This document shows positions 9,818 to 20,471 of a DNA stretch of 64,000 nt, piece after piece. The stretch spans positions 64,001 to 128,000 of the forward strand of contig CAVRCI010000009.1 in assembly GCA_963719495.1 (NCBI GenBank), read 5' to 3'. The notes beneath the pieces are model-generated. The model worked only from the letters and a program-made list of their open reading frames with translations. It was not told the origin of the DNA and ran no database searches. This stretch comes from an uncultured Verrucomicrobiae bacterium (GTDB lineage Bacteria; Verrucomicrobiota; Verrucomicrobiia; Chthoniobacterales; JAATET01). The position numbers and the translations under genes are program-made. Numbering within the stretch: the stretch's first letter is position 1; each line of letters starts with the position of its first letter.

Positions 9818-10564
9818 ATGTCCGACGCTCTCCACACCGCCATCGAAGCCGCCCACGCCGCCGGCGGACTCCTCCGCGCGAATTTCGGTCGCGAGCTCAC
9901 CGTCGACGAAAACCTCGCGCACGACATCAAGATCGAACTCGATAAGCGCTCCCAAACCCTCATCGAGTCCATCCTCCTCGTCAAATTCCCCGACCACGCC
10001 ATCTACGGAGAGGAAGGCGTCACCGGCGACCAATCTTCCGACAACCAATGGATCGTCGACCCCATCGACGGCACGGTAAACTTTTTCTACGGCGTCCCCC
10101 ACTTCGCGATTTCCATCGCCCTCCGCGTCCGCGGCACGATCCAGACCGCCGTCATCTACGACCCCATGCGCGACGAACTCTGGGCCTGCGAACGCGGCCA
10201 AGCCGCCACGCTCAATGGCCTTCCGATCCAGGTCAGCACCCGCACCGCTCTCTCCGAAGCCATCGTTTCCGTCGGCGTCTCCAAGACGCTCGAATCCGTC
10301 AACGACAGCCTCCCCCTCTTTCAACGCATGCTCCGCTCCGCCAAAAAATGCCGCATGCTCGGCAGCGCCTCCCTCGACATCGCCTACGTCGCCTGCGGCC
10401 GCCTCGACCTCTACACCGAGTCGCTCATCTCCCTCTGGGACATCGCCGCCGGCCTCCTCCTCGTCGAAACCGCGGGCGGAAAAGTCGACCTCACGCCCCG
10501 CGAAGACCAACCCGACAAATACGCCATCACCGCCACCAGCGGCAAAATCGACTTCGGCATATGA
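9818..10564 (+). CDS. suhB: Inositol monophosphatase family protein
   Basis: GEE, WIVDPIDGTVNF, GSASLDIAYVACGR, WDIAAG motifs. Confidence 0.9.
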   Translation: MSDALHTAIEAAHAAGGLLRANFGRELTVDENLAHDIKIELDKRSQTLIESILLVKFPDHAIYGEEGVTGDQSSDNQWIVDPIDGTVNFFYGVPHFAISIALRVRGTIQTAVIYDPMRDELWACERGQAATLNGLPIQVSTRTALSEAIVSVGVSKTLESVNDSLPLFQRMLRSAKKCRMLGSASLDIAYVACGRLDLYTESLISLWDIAAGLLLVETAGGKVDLTPREDQPDKYAITATSGKIDFGI

Positions 10565-10621
10565 CCTTCGACCTTGTGACCTTCGACCTTCGACCCTAAT
10601 GACCTTCGACCTTCGACCCCA

Positions 10622-11110
10622 ATGACCACCACCGGCATCGGCTACGACGTCCACCGCTTCATCGAAGGCCGCCCCCTCGTCCTCGGCGGCGTCGAAATTC
10701 CCCATTCCCACGGACTCGACGGTCACTCCGATGCCGACGTCCTCGCCCACGCCATCGCCGACGCGATCCTCGGAGCCGTCGGCGAACCCGACATCGGCCA
10801 CCATTTTCCAAACACCGACGAATCCATCCGCGGCATCAGCAGCCTCGAAATCCTCACCCAGGTCCTCGTCATCGTCCGGGCAAAGGGCGCCACCCTCCTC
10901 AACGTCGACGCCACCCTCATCGCCGAGGAGCCAAAAATCGCCCCCCACCTCGCGGCGATGAAATCCATCCTCGGCTCCACCCTCGACCTCCCCCTCGATT
11001 TCATCGGCATCAAAGCCACCACCAACGAGACGATGGGCTTCGTCGGCCGGTCCGAAGGCATCGCCGCCATGGCCGTGGCCACCGTTGACCGCCCCGGCCC
11101 CCACGCTTAG
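10622..11110 (+). CDS. ispF: 2-C-methyl-D-erythritol 2,4-cyclodiphosphate synthase
   Basis: GIGYDVH, LVLGGV, GHSDADVLAHAIADAILGA, KATTNE motifs. Confidence 0.97.
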   Translation: MTTTGIGYDVHRFIEGRPLVLGGVEIPHSHGLDGHSDADVLAHAIADAILGAVGEPDIGHHFPNTDESIRGISSLEILTQVLVIVRAKGATLLNVDATLIAEEPKIAPHLAAMKSILGSTLDLPLDFIGIKATTNETMGFVGRSEGIAAMAVATVDRPGPHA

Positions 11111-11120
11111 ATTCGCGTTC

Positions 11121-11696
11121 ATGACCGCTCTCCGCAAAGAAGACATCTTCGTCACTCCGGCGGAATACCTCGCCGGGGAAAAACTCAATCCCGGACCCCG
11201 GCGCGAATACGTCGACGGTGTCGTCTACGACATGGCGGGCAGCACCGCCGCGCACTCCCGGATCGCGAGCAGCATCGTCCGTGATCTCGGCACTCAACTT
11301 CGCGGAAAAAAATGCGAAGTCTTCGGACCGGACATCAAGATCCACGTCGTCGCGGATCATTCCGAGTTCTACTACTATCCCGACGTCTCGGTCGATTGCA
11401 GCGGCAGCGCCGACATTCGACGCCTCCACAACGAGGAGCCGGTCGTGATTTTCGAAGTTTTATCCCACGCCACCGAGCGCGTCGACATCGGCGAAAAATT
11501 GCAGAACTACCTGCGGCTTCCGTCGCTCAAGGTCTACGCGCTCGTTGGACAAACCACGCCCTACGTCGTCGTCCACCGCCGCACCGGCGACCAATGGTTC
11601 ACGGAATTCGTCGGCGACCTCTCCGCTACCCTCGACCTCCCCGAGATCGATTGCACCCTCCCCCTCGCCTCGATCTACGAGCGAATGGGCTTCTAG
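11121..11696 (+). CDS. Uma2 family (PD-(D/E)XK) endonuclease-like protein
   Basis: EYL...REYVDGVVYDMAG...H...YYPDVSVDC...FEVLS...D.GEK..Y..LPSL..Y pattern. Confidence 0.9.
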   Translation: MTALRKEDIFVTPAEYLAGEKLNPGPRREYVDGVVYDMAGSTAAHSRIASSIVRDLGTQLRGKKCEVFGPDIKIHVVADHSEFYYYPDVSVDCSGSADIRRLHNEEPVVIFEVLSHATERVDIGEKLQNYLRLPSLKVYALVGQTTPYVVVHRRTGDQWFTEFVGDLSATLDLPEIDCTLPLASIYERMGF

Positions 11697-11715
11697 GCCC
11701 ACCCACCCCTCCGCC

Positions 11716-13134
11716 GTGCCCGCGCTCAATCCGCAATCCGCAATCCGCAATCCGCAATTCTTCAACACCCTCACCCGCCAGATCGAACCCTTCACCCCGA
11801 TCGACCCCGTCGGCAAAGCCGTCTCGATCTACACCTGCGGCCCCACGGTCTACAACCACGCCCACATCGGTAACTTCCGCGCCTACGTTTTCGAGGATCT
11901 CCTCCAACGCCACCTCGAATCCCGCGGCTACGACGTCAACCGCGTGATGAACCTCACCGACGTGGACGATAAAACCATCCGCGGCTCCCGGGAAGCCGGC
12001 GTCCCGCTCGCCGAATTCACCGCCCCATTTAAGCAGGCCTTCTTCGAAGACCTCGACGCCCTCCGCATCAAACGCGCCGACGCGTTCCCCGAGGCCACCG
12101 CCCACGTCGACCGAATGATCACGATGATCACCACCCTCGTCGACCGCGGCCACGCCTACCAGGCCGACGACAAATCGGTCTACTTCCGCATCGCCAGCTT
12201 CCCCGCCTACGGCAACCTCGCGCACCTTGATCTCGACGAACTCCGCCCCACCGGCCGCATCGCCAACGACGAATACGAGAAGGAGGCCATCGGCGACTTC
12301 GCCCTCTGGAAAGCCTGGGACGCCGATGACGGCGACGTCGGCTGGGACAGCCCGTGGGGACGCGGCCGCCCCGGCTGGCACATCGAGTGCAGCGCCATGG
12401 CCACCGAGCTCCTCGGTGACCGCATCGACATCCACTGCGGCGGCGAGGACAACATCTTCCCCCACCACGAAGCCGAGATCGCCCAGACCGAATGCTGCAC
12501 CGGCCAGGCCTTCGTCGGCCTCTGGCTGCACTGCCGCCACCTCATGGTCGACGGACAGAAAATGTCCAAGAGCGCCGGGAATTTCTTCACCCTCCGCGAC
12601 CTCATGGGCAAAGGCTGGACCGGCCGCGAAGTCCGCTACGCCCTCCTCGCCGTCCGCTACCGCGAACCCCTCAACTTCACCGACGATGGCTTGGCGGCAG
12701 CCCGCGCCGCCCTCCACCGCATCGACGAGTGGTCCACCCGCATCGGCGACGCCCGCGCCACCCCGGGCGCGGACCCAGCCACTTTCACGCTCACCGCATT
12801 TTCAGCCCACCTCGACGACGATCTCAACATCTCCGCCGCCCTGGGGGCGCTCTTCACGACCATCACCGAGACCAACAAACGCCTCGACGACGCCGGACTC
12901 ACCGAAGCCGACCTTGGCGAACTCCGGGCGTGGCGCGACGCCATCCAGACCGTGCTGCAATTCCAGCGGGAAAACACCACCATCCCCGCCGCCGTCCAAT
13001 CCCTCGTCGACCAACGCGCCGCCGCCCGCATCGCCAAGGATTTCGCACTCAGCGACCAACTCCGCGACGCTATCACCGGAGCTGGCTGGACCGTCAGAGA
13101 CACGAAAGACGGGCAGAAACTTTCGCTGAATTGA
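11716..13134 (+). CDS. cysS: Cysteine--tRNA ligase
   Basis: YTCGPTVY, HIGN, DFALWK, GRPGWHIECSAM, KMSKS motifs; start taken as the GTG at 11716. Confidence 0.97.
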   Translation: MPALNPQSAIRNPQFFNTLTRQIEPFTPIDPVGKAVSIYTCGPTVYNHAHIGNFRAYVFEDLLQRHLESRGYDVNRVMNLTDVDDKTIRGSREAGVPLAEFTAPFKQAFFEDLDALRIKRADAFPEATAHVDRMITMITTLVDRGHAYQADDKSVYFRIASFPAYGNLAHLDLDELRPTGRIANDEYEKEAIGDFALWKAWDADDGDVGWDSPWGRGRPGWHIECSAMATELLGDRIDIHCGGEDNIFPHHEAEIAQTECCTGQAFVGLWLHCRHLMVDGQKMSKSAGNFFTLRDLMGKGWTGREVRYALLAVRYREPLNFTDDGLAAARAALHRIDEWSTRIGDARATPGADPATFTLTAFSAHLDDDLNISAALGALFTTITETNKRLDDAGLTEADLGELRAWRDAIQTVLQFQRENTTIPAAVQSLVDQRAAARIAKDFALSDQLRDAITGAGWTVRDTKDGQKLSLN

Positions 13135-13567
13135 CCGGCGGCCGATTCGAAATCGCTCGAGGTCGGGAAGGAGCGCCGCGCGTCTCGTGGCCTTCACCCG
13201 GCGCGCCCAATTGTCATATCAACGTCCCCGACGAAAGCGTCTGGAGAGTCACTGAAAACGGGGGGAGGACGTCTCGTCCTCGCGTTTCAATCCTGAGAGC
13301 GGAACGCCCTCTCCCCGCTTGGCTGATCAATTCCTTCGCTTGGTTTGAAAGCGCCCTGGATCGCGAAAGGACCGGGACGAACAGCAGTGCGGTTCACTCG
13401 TTTGCAAAACAAGGGCCGCTCACCCTGAAATGGGGACCGCATTCGCCAAAGTCACCTCAGACCATCCCGTCGTTCTCGTAAATCCTGACCGGCTTGCCTT
13501 TCCAGAATCAAGGCGGGGATGAGACGTTGTCCTTCCACCCGGACCTCCAGCGGAAGTTGCGACTCCC

Positions 13568-14386
13568 CTACCCGGCTCCCGCCACACCCAGCGCCCGCCG
13601 CCGGATTCGGCTCGGCGCGACACCGCGGAACTTTCGAAACTGGCGGCTGAAAAAATACCCATCCCGGTAACCAAGCCGGGCCGCGATCTCCTGCACGCTC
13701 ATTTCCGTTTCACGAAGATACGATTCGGCCCGGGCGAGCCGCTCTTCCACGATGAACCGGTTCGGGCTCAGACCGGTGACCCCTTTGAAGCGCCGGGTAA
13801 ATTGGGAGGAGGAAAGCCGCGCGTCCGCCGCCATTTCGGCGACTGAATAAGCCGCCGCGGGATTCCGCCGGATGCGCTCCACGATTTGGACGACCACCAA
13901 TCCACTCGGATCACTCGGCGGCAATCCTCGCTCGAATTCCAGACTGCGCAGCAGCAAACCCAGCCCGTCACCGAGCACAAACCGGCCCTCGTGCGGCCCC
14001 AGAAAAAAAGTCTCGGTGAGATAGCGGCACAGATGCGAAGCCCAGATGAAGTTTCGTAGCCGCACCGGCGCTCCACCGCGCCCCAGCCGATCCAAAGCTT
14101 CCGCCGCGCACCCGCTGGCGCGCAAATGAGCGGTAAAATTGGTCATTCGCAGCCCACCCGTCGCCCGCGCGACAACGCTCAGACCAGCCGGAAGCAGGAA
14201 CATCGACCCGGCTGAAAATAACCAGCGGCGACCACTCCATTCGAAAACCCCCTCTCCCTCCAACGCCAACCACAAATTGTGATGATCGACTTCCTCCCGA
14301 CGCCAGGACCACTCCGCCGGATGTTCGTAGATCGCGATTCGATCGATTTCGACGCTCTCGCCGATTCGGGCCATCTCGATCGTCAT
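13568..14386 (-). CDS. AraC family transcriptional regulator
   Basis: N-terminal cupin-like region; C-terminal double HTH (LSSSQFTRRFK...SVQEIAARLGYRDGYFFSRQFRKFRGVAP); divergent from the oxidoreductases. Confidence 0.92.
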   Translation of the reverse strand: MTIEMARIGESVEIDRIAIYEHPAEWSWRREEVDHHNLWLALEGEGVFEWSGRRWLFSAGSMFLLPAGLSVVARATGGLRMTNFTAHLRASGCAAEALDRLGRGGAPVRLRNFIWASHLCRYLTETFFLGPHEGRFVLGDGLGLLLRSLEFERGLPPSDPSGLVVVQIVERIRRNPAAAYSVAEMAADARLSSSQFTRRFKGVTGLSPNRFIVEERLARAESYLRETEMSVQEIAARLGYRDGYFFSRQFRKFRGVAPSRIRRRALGVAGAG

Positions 14387-14457
14387 GCGCGGATAGTGCA
14401 AGAACACCTCGTCTCAGTCCATTGCCCAACCGCGCCGATCCGGATTATTTTCTAACC

Positions 14458-15627
14458 ATGAACCTTTCTCCCAAGATTCGTCTCGGCATCATCGGCCTCG
14501 GCAACATGGGGACCACCCACGCGAAGAGCATCCTCGACGGATCGGTCCCCGGACTGGAACTCACCGCCGTTGCAGACTCGGATCCAGCCCGCCTGGAAAG
14601 CTACGCCGATCTCGCCCGCTTCGACGACGGTTTGGCCCTCATCGCCAGCGACGCCGTCGACGCCGTCCTCGTCACCACCCCGCACTACAGCCATACGCCG
14701 CTCGGCGTCGCGGCGCTCGAAGCCGGCCGCCACCTCCTGGTGGAGAAGCCCATTTCCGTTCACAAGCTCGACTGCGAAGAGCTCATCGCCGCATACCGCC
14801 CCGAATCCGGCCAGATCTTCGCCGCCATGTTCAATCAGCGCACCGACCCGCGCTACCGCAAACTCAAGGAGCTCATCAACGACGGCACGCTCGGCACGAT
14901 CCGCCGCATCAATTGGATCATCACCGATTGGTTCCGCACCGAGAGCTACTACCAATCCGGTGGCTGGCGGGCGACCTGGGCCGGAGAAGGCGGCGGCGTC
15001 CTCCTCAATCAGTGCCCCCACAATCTCGATCTCTGGCAGTGGCTCTTCGGCGTACCCGACCGCGTGACCGCCCGCTGCCAGATCGGGCGCTTTCACGACA
15101 TCGAGGTCGAGGATTCCGTCACCGCCCTGCTCGAATACGACACCGGCGTCCAAGGCGTCTTCGTGACGACCACGGGCGAGGCTCCCGGGACCAATCGACT
15201 CGAAGTCGTTGGAGACCATGGCCGCATCGTCATCGACACCGAGCGGCCCGGGCTCACTTTCAAACGCAACGAAAAGTCGAGCGCTACCTTCTCGCGGGAA
15301 AGCACTTCGAGTTTCGCCAAACCGGACGTCTGGGATGTGTCCATTCCCATCACCGGGAACGGCGAACAACACGTCGGAATTCTCGAGAATTTCGCCGCCG
15401 CCATCCGCGGGGAAGAGCCGCTCATCGCCCCCGCCCAGGAGGGCATTCATTCGGTCGAACTCGGGAATGCCATGCTGCTCTCCAGCTTCCGCGACCGACC
15501 GATCTCCCTCCCGCTCGACGCGAACGAATACGCCGCCGAGTTGAAAAAAAAAATCGCTGACTCGACCTTCACGAAGAAGGCTTCGACCTCCGCGGCACCA
15601 GCCGGTGATTTTTCGAAAAGTTACTAG
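14458..15627 (+). CDS. Gfo/Idh/MocA family oxidoreductase
   Basis: GIIGLGNMG, TPHYSH, LVEKP, GGGVLLNQCPHNLD. Confidence 0.93.
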   Translation: MNLSPKIRLGIIGLGNMGTTHAKSILDGSVPGLELTAVADSDPARLESYADLARFDDGLALIASDAVDAVLVTTPHYSHTPLGVAALEAGRHLLVEKPISVHKLDCEELIAAYRPESGQIFAAMFNQRTDPRYRKLKELINDGTLGTIRRINWIITDWFRTESYYQSGGWRATWAGEGGGVLLNQCPHNLDLWQWLFGVPDRVTARCQIGRFHDIEVEDSVTALLEYDTGVQGVFVTTTGEAPGTNRLEVVGDHGRIVIDTERPGLTFKRNEKSSATFSRESTSSFAKPDVWDVSIPITGNGEQHVGILENFAAAIRGEEPLIAPAQEGIHSVELGNAMLLSSFRDRPISLPLDANEYAAELKKKIADSTFTKKASTSAAPAGDFSKSY

Positions 15628-15661
15628 TCGACCCGCACCAAACCCCTGACCTGTTATCAAC

Positions 15662-16741
15662 ATGAGCCGAGATGGAATGAACTACCTCCCCGAGAGCCAG
15701 CCGGCTCCCGTTGTGAAACCGGGCGAATTCGTCTTCGCCGCGTCCCACTTCGACCACGGCCACATCTACGGTCAGGCCCGCGATCTGGCGAATGCGGGTG
15801 GGGTCTGCCGCTACATCTACGAGCCCCGCGAGGAAAAACTCGGCCCACTCGAGAGCCTGATCGATGCCGGCACGAAGGTCGTCGGTTCGTTCGACGAGAT
15901 CCTCGAGGATCCCGAAGTCGCCCTCGTGACCTCCGCCGCGATCCCCAGCGAGCGAGCCGCCATCGGTCTGCGCGTCCTCGATGCGGGCAAGGACTACTTC
16001 ACTGACAAATCACCCGTCACCACCCTCGACCAGCTCGAGTCCGTCCGCGCCAAGGTCGCCGCCACCGGCCGACGCTACATGGTCTGCTACTCCGAGCGGC
16101 TCTGCAACGAGTCGGCCTGGCAGGCGGGCGAGCTCATCCGCGAAGGAGCCATCGGTCGCGTCCTCCAGGTCCTGAACCTTGCGCCGCACAACCTGGCCGC
16201 CTCCAGTCGGCCGGATTGGTTTTTCGAAAAGGAACGCTACGGCGGCATTCTTACCGACATCGGCTCGCACCAATTCGAGCAATTCCTCACCTACGGAAGT
16301 GCCACCGACGCGACGATCAATTCCGCCCGCGTCGAGAATTTTGCCAACCCCGAGCACCCCGGCCTTGAGGATTTCGGCGAAGCTTCGCTCACCCTCGACT
16401 CCGGAGCCTCCGCCTACTGCCGCATCGATTGGTTCAACCCAAGGGCTTCGCGCACTTGGGGCGACGGCCGCACGTTCGTCCTTGGCACCGAGGGTTACCT
16501 CGAACTCCGCAAATACGTCGACGTCGCCCGCGAAGGCGATGGCGACGTGATTTTTCTCGTCAACGACGACGTCGAGACCGAGATCCCCTGCCGAGGCAAA
16601 GTCGGCTTCCCGTTCTTCGGTCAATTCATCCTCGACGTCCTGAATCGGACCGAAAATGCAATGACCCAGGCCCACGCCTTCAAAGCCGCCGAACTCTCGC
16701 TCCAAGCGCAGAAGCTGGCCGACGGTCACAGGAAGGGCTAA
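15662..16741 (+). CDS. Gfo/Idh/MocA family oxidoreductase
   Basis: FDHGHIYG, DYFTDKSP, YGGILTDIGSHQFEQF motifs. Confidence 0.9.
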   Translation: MSRDGMNYLPESQPAPVVKPGEFVFAASHFDHGHIYGQARDLANAGGVCRYIYEPREEKLGPLESLIDAGTKVVGSFDEILEDPEVALVTSAAIPSERAAIGLRVLDAGKDYFTDKSPVTTLDQLESVRAKVAATGRRYMVCYSERLCNESAWQAGELIREGAIGRVLQVLNLAPHNLAASSRPDWFFEKERYGGILTDIGSHQFEQFLTYGSATDATINSARVENFANPEHPGLEDFGEASLTLDSGASAYCRIDWFNPRASRTWGDGRTFVLGTEGYLELRKYVDVAREGDGDVIFLVNDDVETEIPCRGKVGFPFFGQFILDVLNRTENAMTQAHAFKAAELSLQAQKLADGHRKG

Positions 16742-17175
16742 TCCGCCGAGCCTCTTCGCACGACTTCTAAGATCGCGACACAACCAGCCGGCACGACGAG
16801 ATTCGTGATTCCGTCCCGGACCGGCCCCGGTGGCTCGGCCCGCTCCCGCGTCCAGCCGTCGTTTGCCTCCACCTTCCCGAGGTCCGCCACCACCCGCAAC
16901 GTGCGTAACGCGGCGTCACCCGATCGACGCTCGAGCGCCCGCGGATCGACGACGACCGGCTCGTCCCGGTCGAGCGATCGGTTCGCGAAGTGGACGTGGA
17001 CCTTACCCGGCGCGCGGGTCGCCAGCACGTCCAGCGTCGCGATTTTCGACCCGGGTCTGGCCCAGCCGACCTTGAAGGGACGCGCGCGGAAGCGAATACC
17101 GCTCATCGTCGTCTCGAGGAGTTCGTCTCCGCTGTGACGGTGGTAGAAATCGACGACCGCGCTCTGCGCGTTCAT
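16738..17175 (-). pseudogene. Possible glycoside hydrolase C-terminal fragment (GH51-like beta-sandwich)
   Basis: LDVLATR...VHVHFANRSLDRD...VPAGCVAILEV resembles arabinofuranosidase C-termini; no catalytic N-terminal part found. Confidence 0.4.
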
Positions 17176-17549
17176 CACGACCGGGCCAACCCCGTCGCTT
17201 TGGTAACGGCGGCCAGCGGGGGGGGGTTGGGGATTTAGACCGCTGCCCGGGCTCGGCGGCGAAAACCTGAGGCTCGCAAACCACACGCGGACGGAAAGAA
17301 CGCGGGACTGCATTTGAGATGCGCCGCGTAGTTTCTTCGTCATCGCGAAGACTCCCACCGGCGGACAAGTCGGGTCGTGGTCCGCAAGTTGACAATTCAT
17401 CGGGCCGTCGCCGATGGCCAGATTCGAGCGAATCGCGGCCGCGAATTGCTCGACCGACGTGGCGTCGAACGCCCCGCCGAACGTTCAGTGGTCGACGCAA
17501 ATGACGAGCCGCGGTGCGCCGGAGTCGGGTTCGCCGATCATCAGTGGGC

Positions 17550-17810
17550 CTAGATGCCCTTCGTCCGCCGAGCCTCGATGACCTCGGGCGCCAGGGACCA
17601 TTCGAGCAGCTTGTGATCGGCGAAATGCGGGGTGTCCATCGCCGCAGGGCGTTCGTTCTTCGGACATTCGGCGAGCTTTTTTTCGAAATGGTCGAACAGC
17701 CGCTGGAATTTGCATTCCTCGAAGACTGTGACCTTCGGCAGGACGTAGCCCTCGGGGCGGTAGGGTGTGACTTGCTCGGGAGTGATGCGGGGGTTGGAAA
17801 TGGTGCTCAT
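17550..17810 (-). pseudogene. Phytanoyl-CoA dioxygenase (PhyH) family N-terminal fragment
   Basis: ITPEQVTPYRPEGYVL...MDTPHFADHKLLEWSLAPEVI, stopping after 86 codons. Confidence 0.6.
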
Positions 17811-17939
17811 TGGGGCGAACGGTAAGGGAATCCGATTGATCGGTTCGTTCTCCAGAGTGAAAAAATTATGCTCTGGTTTGATATTTAAGTCAGAAAGCTT
17901 CAAAAAAACACCCGCCTGAATAATCCCGAAGGCCACCCC

Positions 17940-19889
17940 ATGATCGAACTCGCCTCGCTCTTCCAAGACCACGCCGTGCTCCAGCGCGACACCCTCATTC
18001 CCTGCTGGGGCTGGACGCAACCCGACACCCTCGTCGTCGCCAAGCTCGGCCCGCACGCCGCGCAAACGCTCAGCAACGACCGGGGCGAATTTTTTCTCAA
18101 ATTCCCCGAAATGCCCGCGGGCGGACCCCACACGCTGCGCGTCGAGATATCCGCGACCGGCGAATCGCGCACGGTCGAGGACGTGCTCATCGGCGAAGTC
18201 TGGCTCGGCTCGGGGCAGTCGAACATGAGATGGAAAACCGCCGACTGCGGCCGCTACGTCGAGCAGCTGGCGGGCGACGCCGAGCATCCCGCGATCCGAC
18301 TCTTCACCGTCGGCAACCGCGATCACCTCGGTCGCCAGACGACCTGCGATGGCGAGTGGCAACTCTGCACCCGTGAGTCCGCGCTCGAGTTCTCCGCAGT
18401 GGCGTTCTCGTTCGCGCGAACGATCCACCAGCAGCTCGCGGTGCCCGTCGGCATCATCTGCAGCGCGTGGGGCGGCACGCGGATCGAGACGTGGATCAGC
18501 GAAGCGGGACTCTCGCAAATCCCGGGGCTCGAACCCGCGCTCCGCGACTACGCCCGGCTCGCCCACTCGCCCGAGCGCTGGGCGCGAATGGACGAGGCCA
18601 ACGCGGACGGCCTGATCTCCAATCTGCCCATCGACGCGGGCAACTGCGGGCTCGAAAACCGCTGGGCGGCCGCGAATTTTGCGGACGACGATTGGCCCAC
18701 GATGGACCTGCCCTGCCGTTGGCAAAACGCGGGCCACGAGCACTCCGGCGTTTTTTGGTTCCGCAAGACCGTGAGGATTCCCGCGTCCTGGGTCGGACGC
18801 GCGCTCACCCTCGACCTCGGCTGCATCGACAAGCTCGACGTCAGTTACGTCAACGGCCGCGAGATCGCACGGACCGGTGCCGATCACGATAGTTCGTTCT
18901 GGAGCGTCGAGCGCAGCTACCCGGTTCCGGCCACCCTCGCGGCGGACAACGAACTCGCCCTCGCCATCCGCGTCGTCTCGTTCAGCGGCGACGGCGGACT
19001 CACCGGCCCCGCCCCGGCCATGCGCCTGCACCCGGCCGACGCACCCGACGACGCGATCTCACTGGCGGGCCAATGGCGATACGCCGTCGAGCAGAACTAC
19101 GGCGTGGTCGACGCCGAACACCTACCCGGCCACCGCAACCCCAACTCCTTCCACCTCCTCTTCGACAACAAGATCTCGCCGCTCGTCCCCTACGCGCTCC
19201 GGGGATTCCTTTGGTATCAGGGCGAATCGAACGCCGCCCAAGCGGCCCAATACGCCACGCTCCAATCCGCGCTCATCGCCGACTGGCGGCGCGCCTGGGC
19301 CCGGCCCGGTCTGCCGTTCAACCTCGTGCAACTCCCGAACTTCGGCGCGCCCGAAGGCTACTCTCCGCACGGCCACTGGCCGAGACTGCGCGCGGCCCAG
19401 GCCGAGGCGGCGGAGCAGCCAAACGTCGGTCTCGCCATCACGCTCGACCTCGGCGACCCGCTCGACATCCATCCCCACGACAAAGCGCCCGTCGGCGAAC
19501 GCCTAGCGCGCATCGCCCTCGCCGACACCTACGGGATGAACATCCGCGCAGACGGTCCGGTGCTCGAGAGCGTCACCCGAAACGGCGGCTCCATCCGCTG
19601 CGCCTTCGCGAACGTCGGCGACAGTCTCCGTTGCCGGGGAGGCGGGACGCTGGAAAACTTTTTCATCGCCGGGAGCGATGGTGATTTCCGGCCCGCCGAA
19701 GCTATCATCGAAGGCACCACGGTCGTCGTCGCCAACCCGTCGATCCCCGAGCCGGAGCAAGTCGCTTACGCCTGGTCCGACTCCCCCCTCCCCGGCCTAC
19801 TCGTCGACGCCGAGGGCCTCCCCGCCGCGCCGTTCCAGCGGCGGATTTCGGATTCTCACGCGAAGCCCCGAAGCCGCGAAGGGATCTGA
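17940..19889 (+). CDS. Sialate O-acetylesterase (SASA family) with inserted sugar-binding domain
   Basis: LFQDHAVLQR, GEVWLGSGQSNM, AWGGTRIETW, WYQGESN, DIHPHDK. Confidence 0.93.
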   Translation: MIELASLFQDHAVLQRDTLIPCWGWTQPDTLVVAKLGPHAAQTLSNDRGEFFLKFPEMPAGGPHTLRVEISATGESRTVEDVLIGEVWLGSGQSNMRWKTADCGRYVEQLAGDAEHPAIRLFTVGNRDHLGRQTTCDGEWQLCTRESALEFSAVAFSFARTIHQQLAVPVGIICSAWGGTRIETWISEAGLSQIPGLEPALRDYARLAHSPERWARMDEANADGLISNLPIDAGNCGLENRWAAANFADDDWPTMDLPCRWQNAGHEHSGVFWFRKTVRIPASWVGRALTLDLGCIDKLDVSYVNGREIARTGADHDSSFWSVERSYPVPATLAADNELALAIRVVSFSGDGGLTGPAPAMRLHPADAPDDAISLAGQWRYAVEQNYGVVDAEHLPGHRNPNSFHLLFDNKISPLVPYALRGFLWYQGESNAAQAAQYATLQSALIADWRRAWARPGLPFNLVQLPNFGAPEGYSPHGHWPRLRAAQAEAAEQPNVGLAITLDLGDPLDIHPHDKAPVGERLARIALADTYGMNIRADGPVLESVTRNGGSIRCAFANVGDSLRCRGGGTLENFFIAGSDGDFRPAEAIIEGTTVVVANPSIPEPEQVAYAWSDSPLPGLLVDAEGLPAAPFQRRISDSHAKPRSREGI

Positions 19890-19929
19890 TACCAAGCGCA
19901 TTCTTCGCGCCATCGCGCCTTCGCGTGAG
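19855..19929. repeat. Inverted repeat built from degenerate 9-mers
   Basis: CTCACGCGAAG...CTTCGCGTGAG perfect 11-bp arms overlapping the esterase stop codon. Confidence 0.7.
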
Positions 19930-20250
19930 CCTAATAATTTCCGGCCAGCGGCCTCGCACTTCGCACTTGAGATCGATGACCACGCTGTCCGACCCGGCGC
20001 GCCCGACGGTGCCGGGCACCGCCGCCCGGGCGGAGTCGCCCGCGGACAGGAGAAGATTCCCGGATTCGACCGCGAACGAAACGGCGTCGGATTTCCGCAC
20101 GATTCGCAGCTCGACGCTCGCGTCCTCCACGCCGGGGTTTTCGACCCACACGTCAAATTCGAAGGCGCTTCCGGACTGATCCAATGCCAAACCGCGCGGC
20201 AGGGCGCGGGCGATCCCCCGGTCGCCGACGCCGGCGTAGGAACGCCCGGC

Positions 20251-20466
20251 TTTGCGAATCACCGGGGCGAACTCGCCGAGAACGGGGATCGTCCGCAGCG
20301 CCCGAAAAATCCCCCCCACCCCGAGCGTGTCCCCGATGGTCTGCTGGAGGCCGTGTTTCTTCGGGATCTCGAAATCACGCACCGTCGAGGGTTTGAAACC
20401 CCCGACCTGGATCGCGCGGATCACGTATTTGGCGTCCCGGATGGCGGCGCGCCGGTCGAGCGTGGA
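20251..20466 (-). pseudogene. Family 4 glycoside hydrolase (MelA-like alpha-galactosidase) internal fragment
   Basis: STLDRRAAIRDAKYVIRAIQVGGFKPSTVRDFEIPKKHGLQQTIGDTLGVGGIFRALRTIPVL is the GH4 signature region; no N- or C-terminus. Confidence 0.85.
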
Positions 20467-20471
20467 TCCGA

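Noticed and set aside
15544..15553. A10 tract in an oxidoreductase gene as a phase-variation or frameshift site
   Set aside because: In frame (KKKI) and close to the C-terminus of a cytoplasmic enzyme; no supporting signal.
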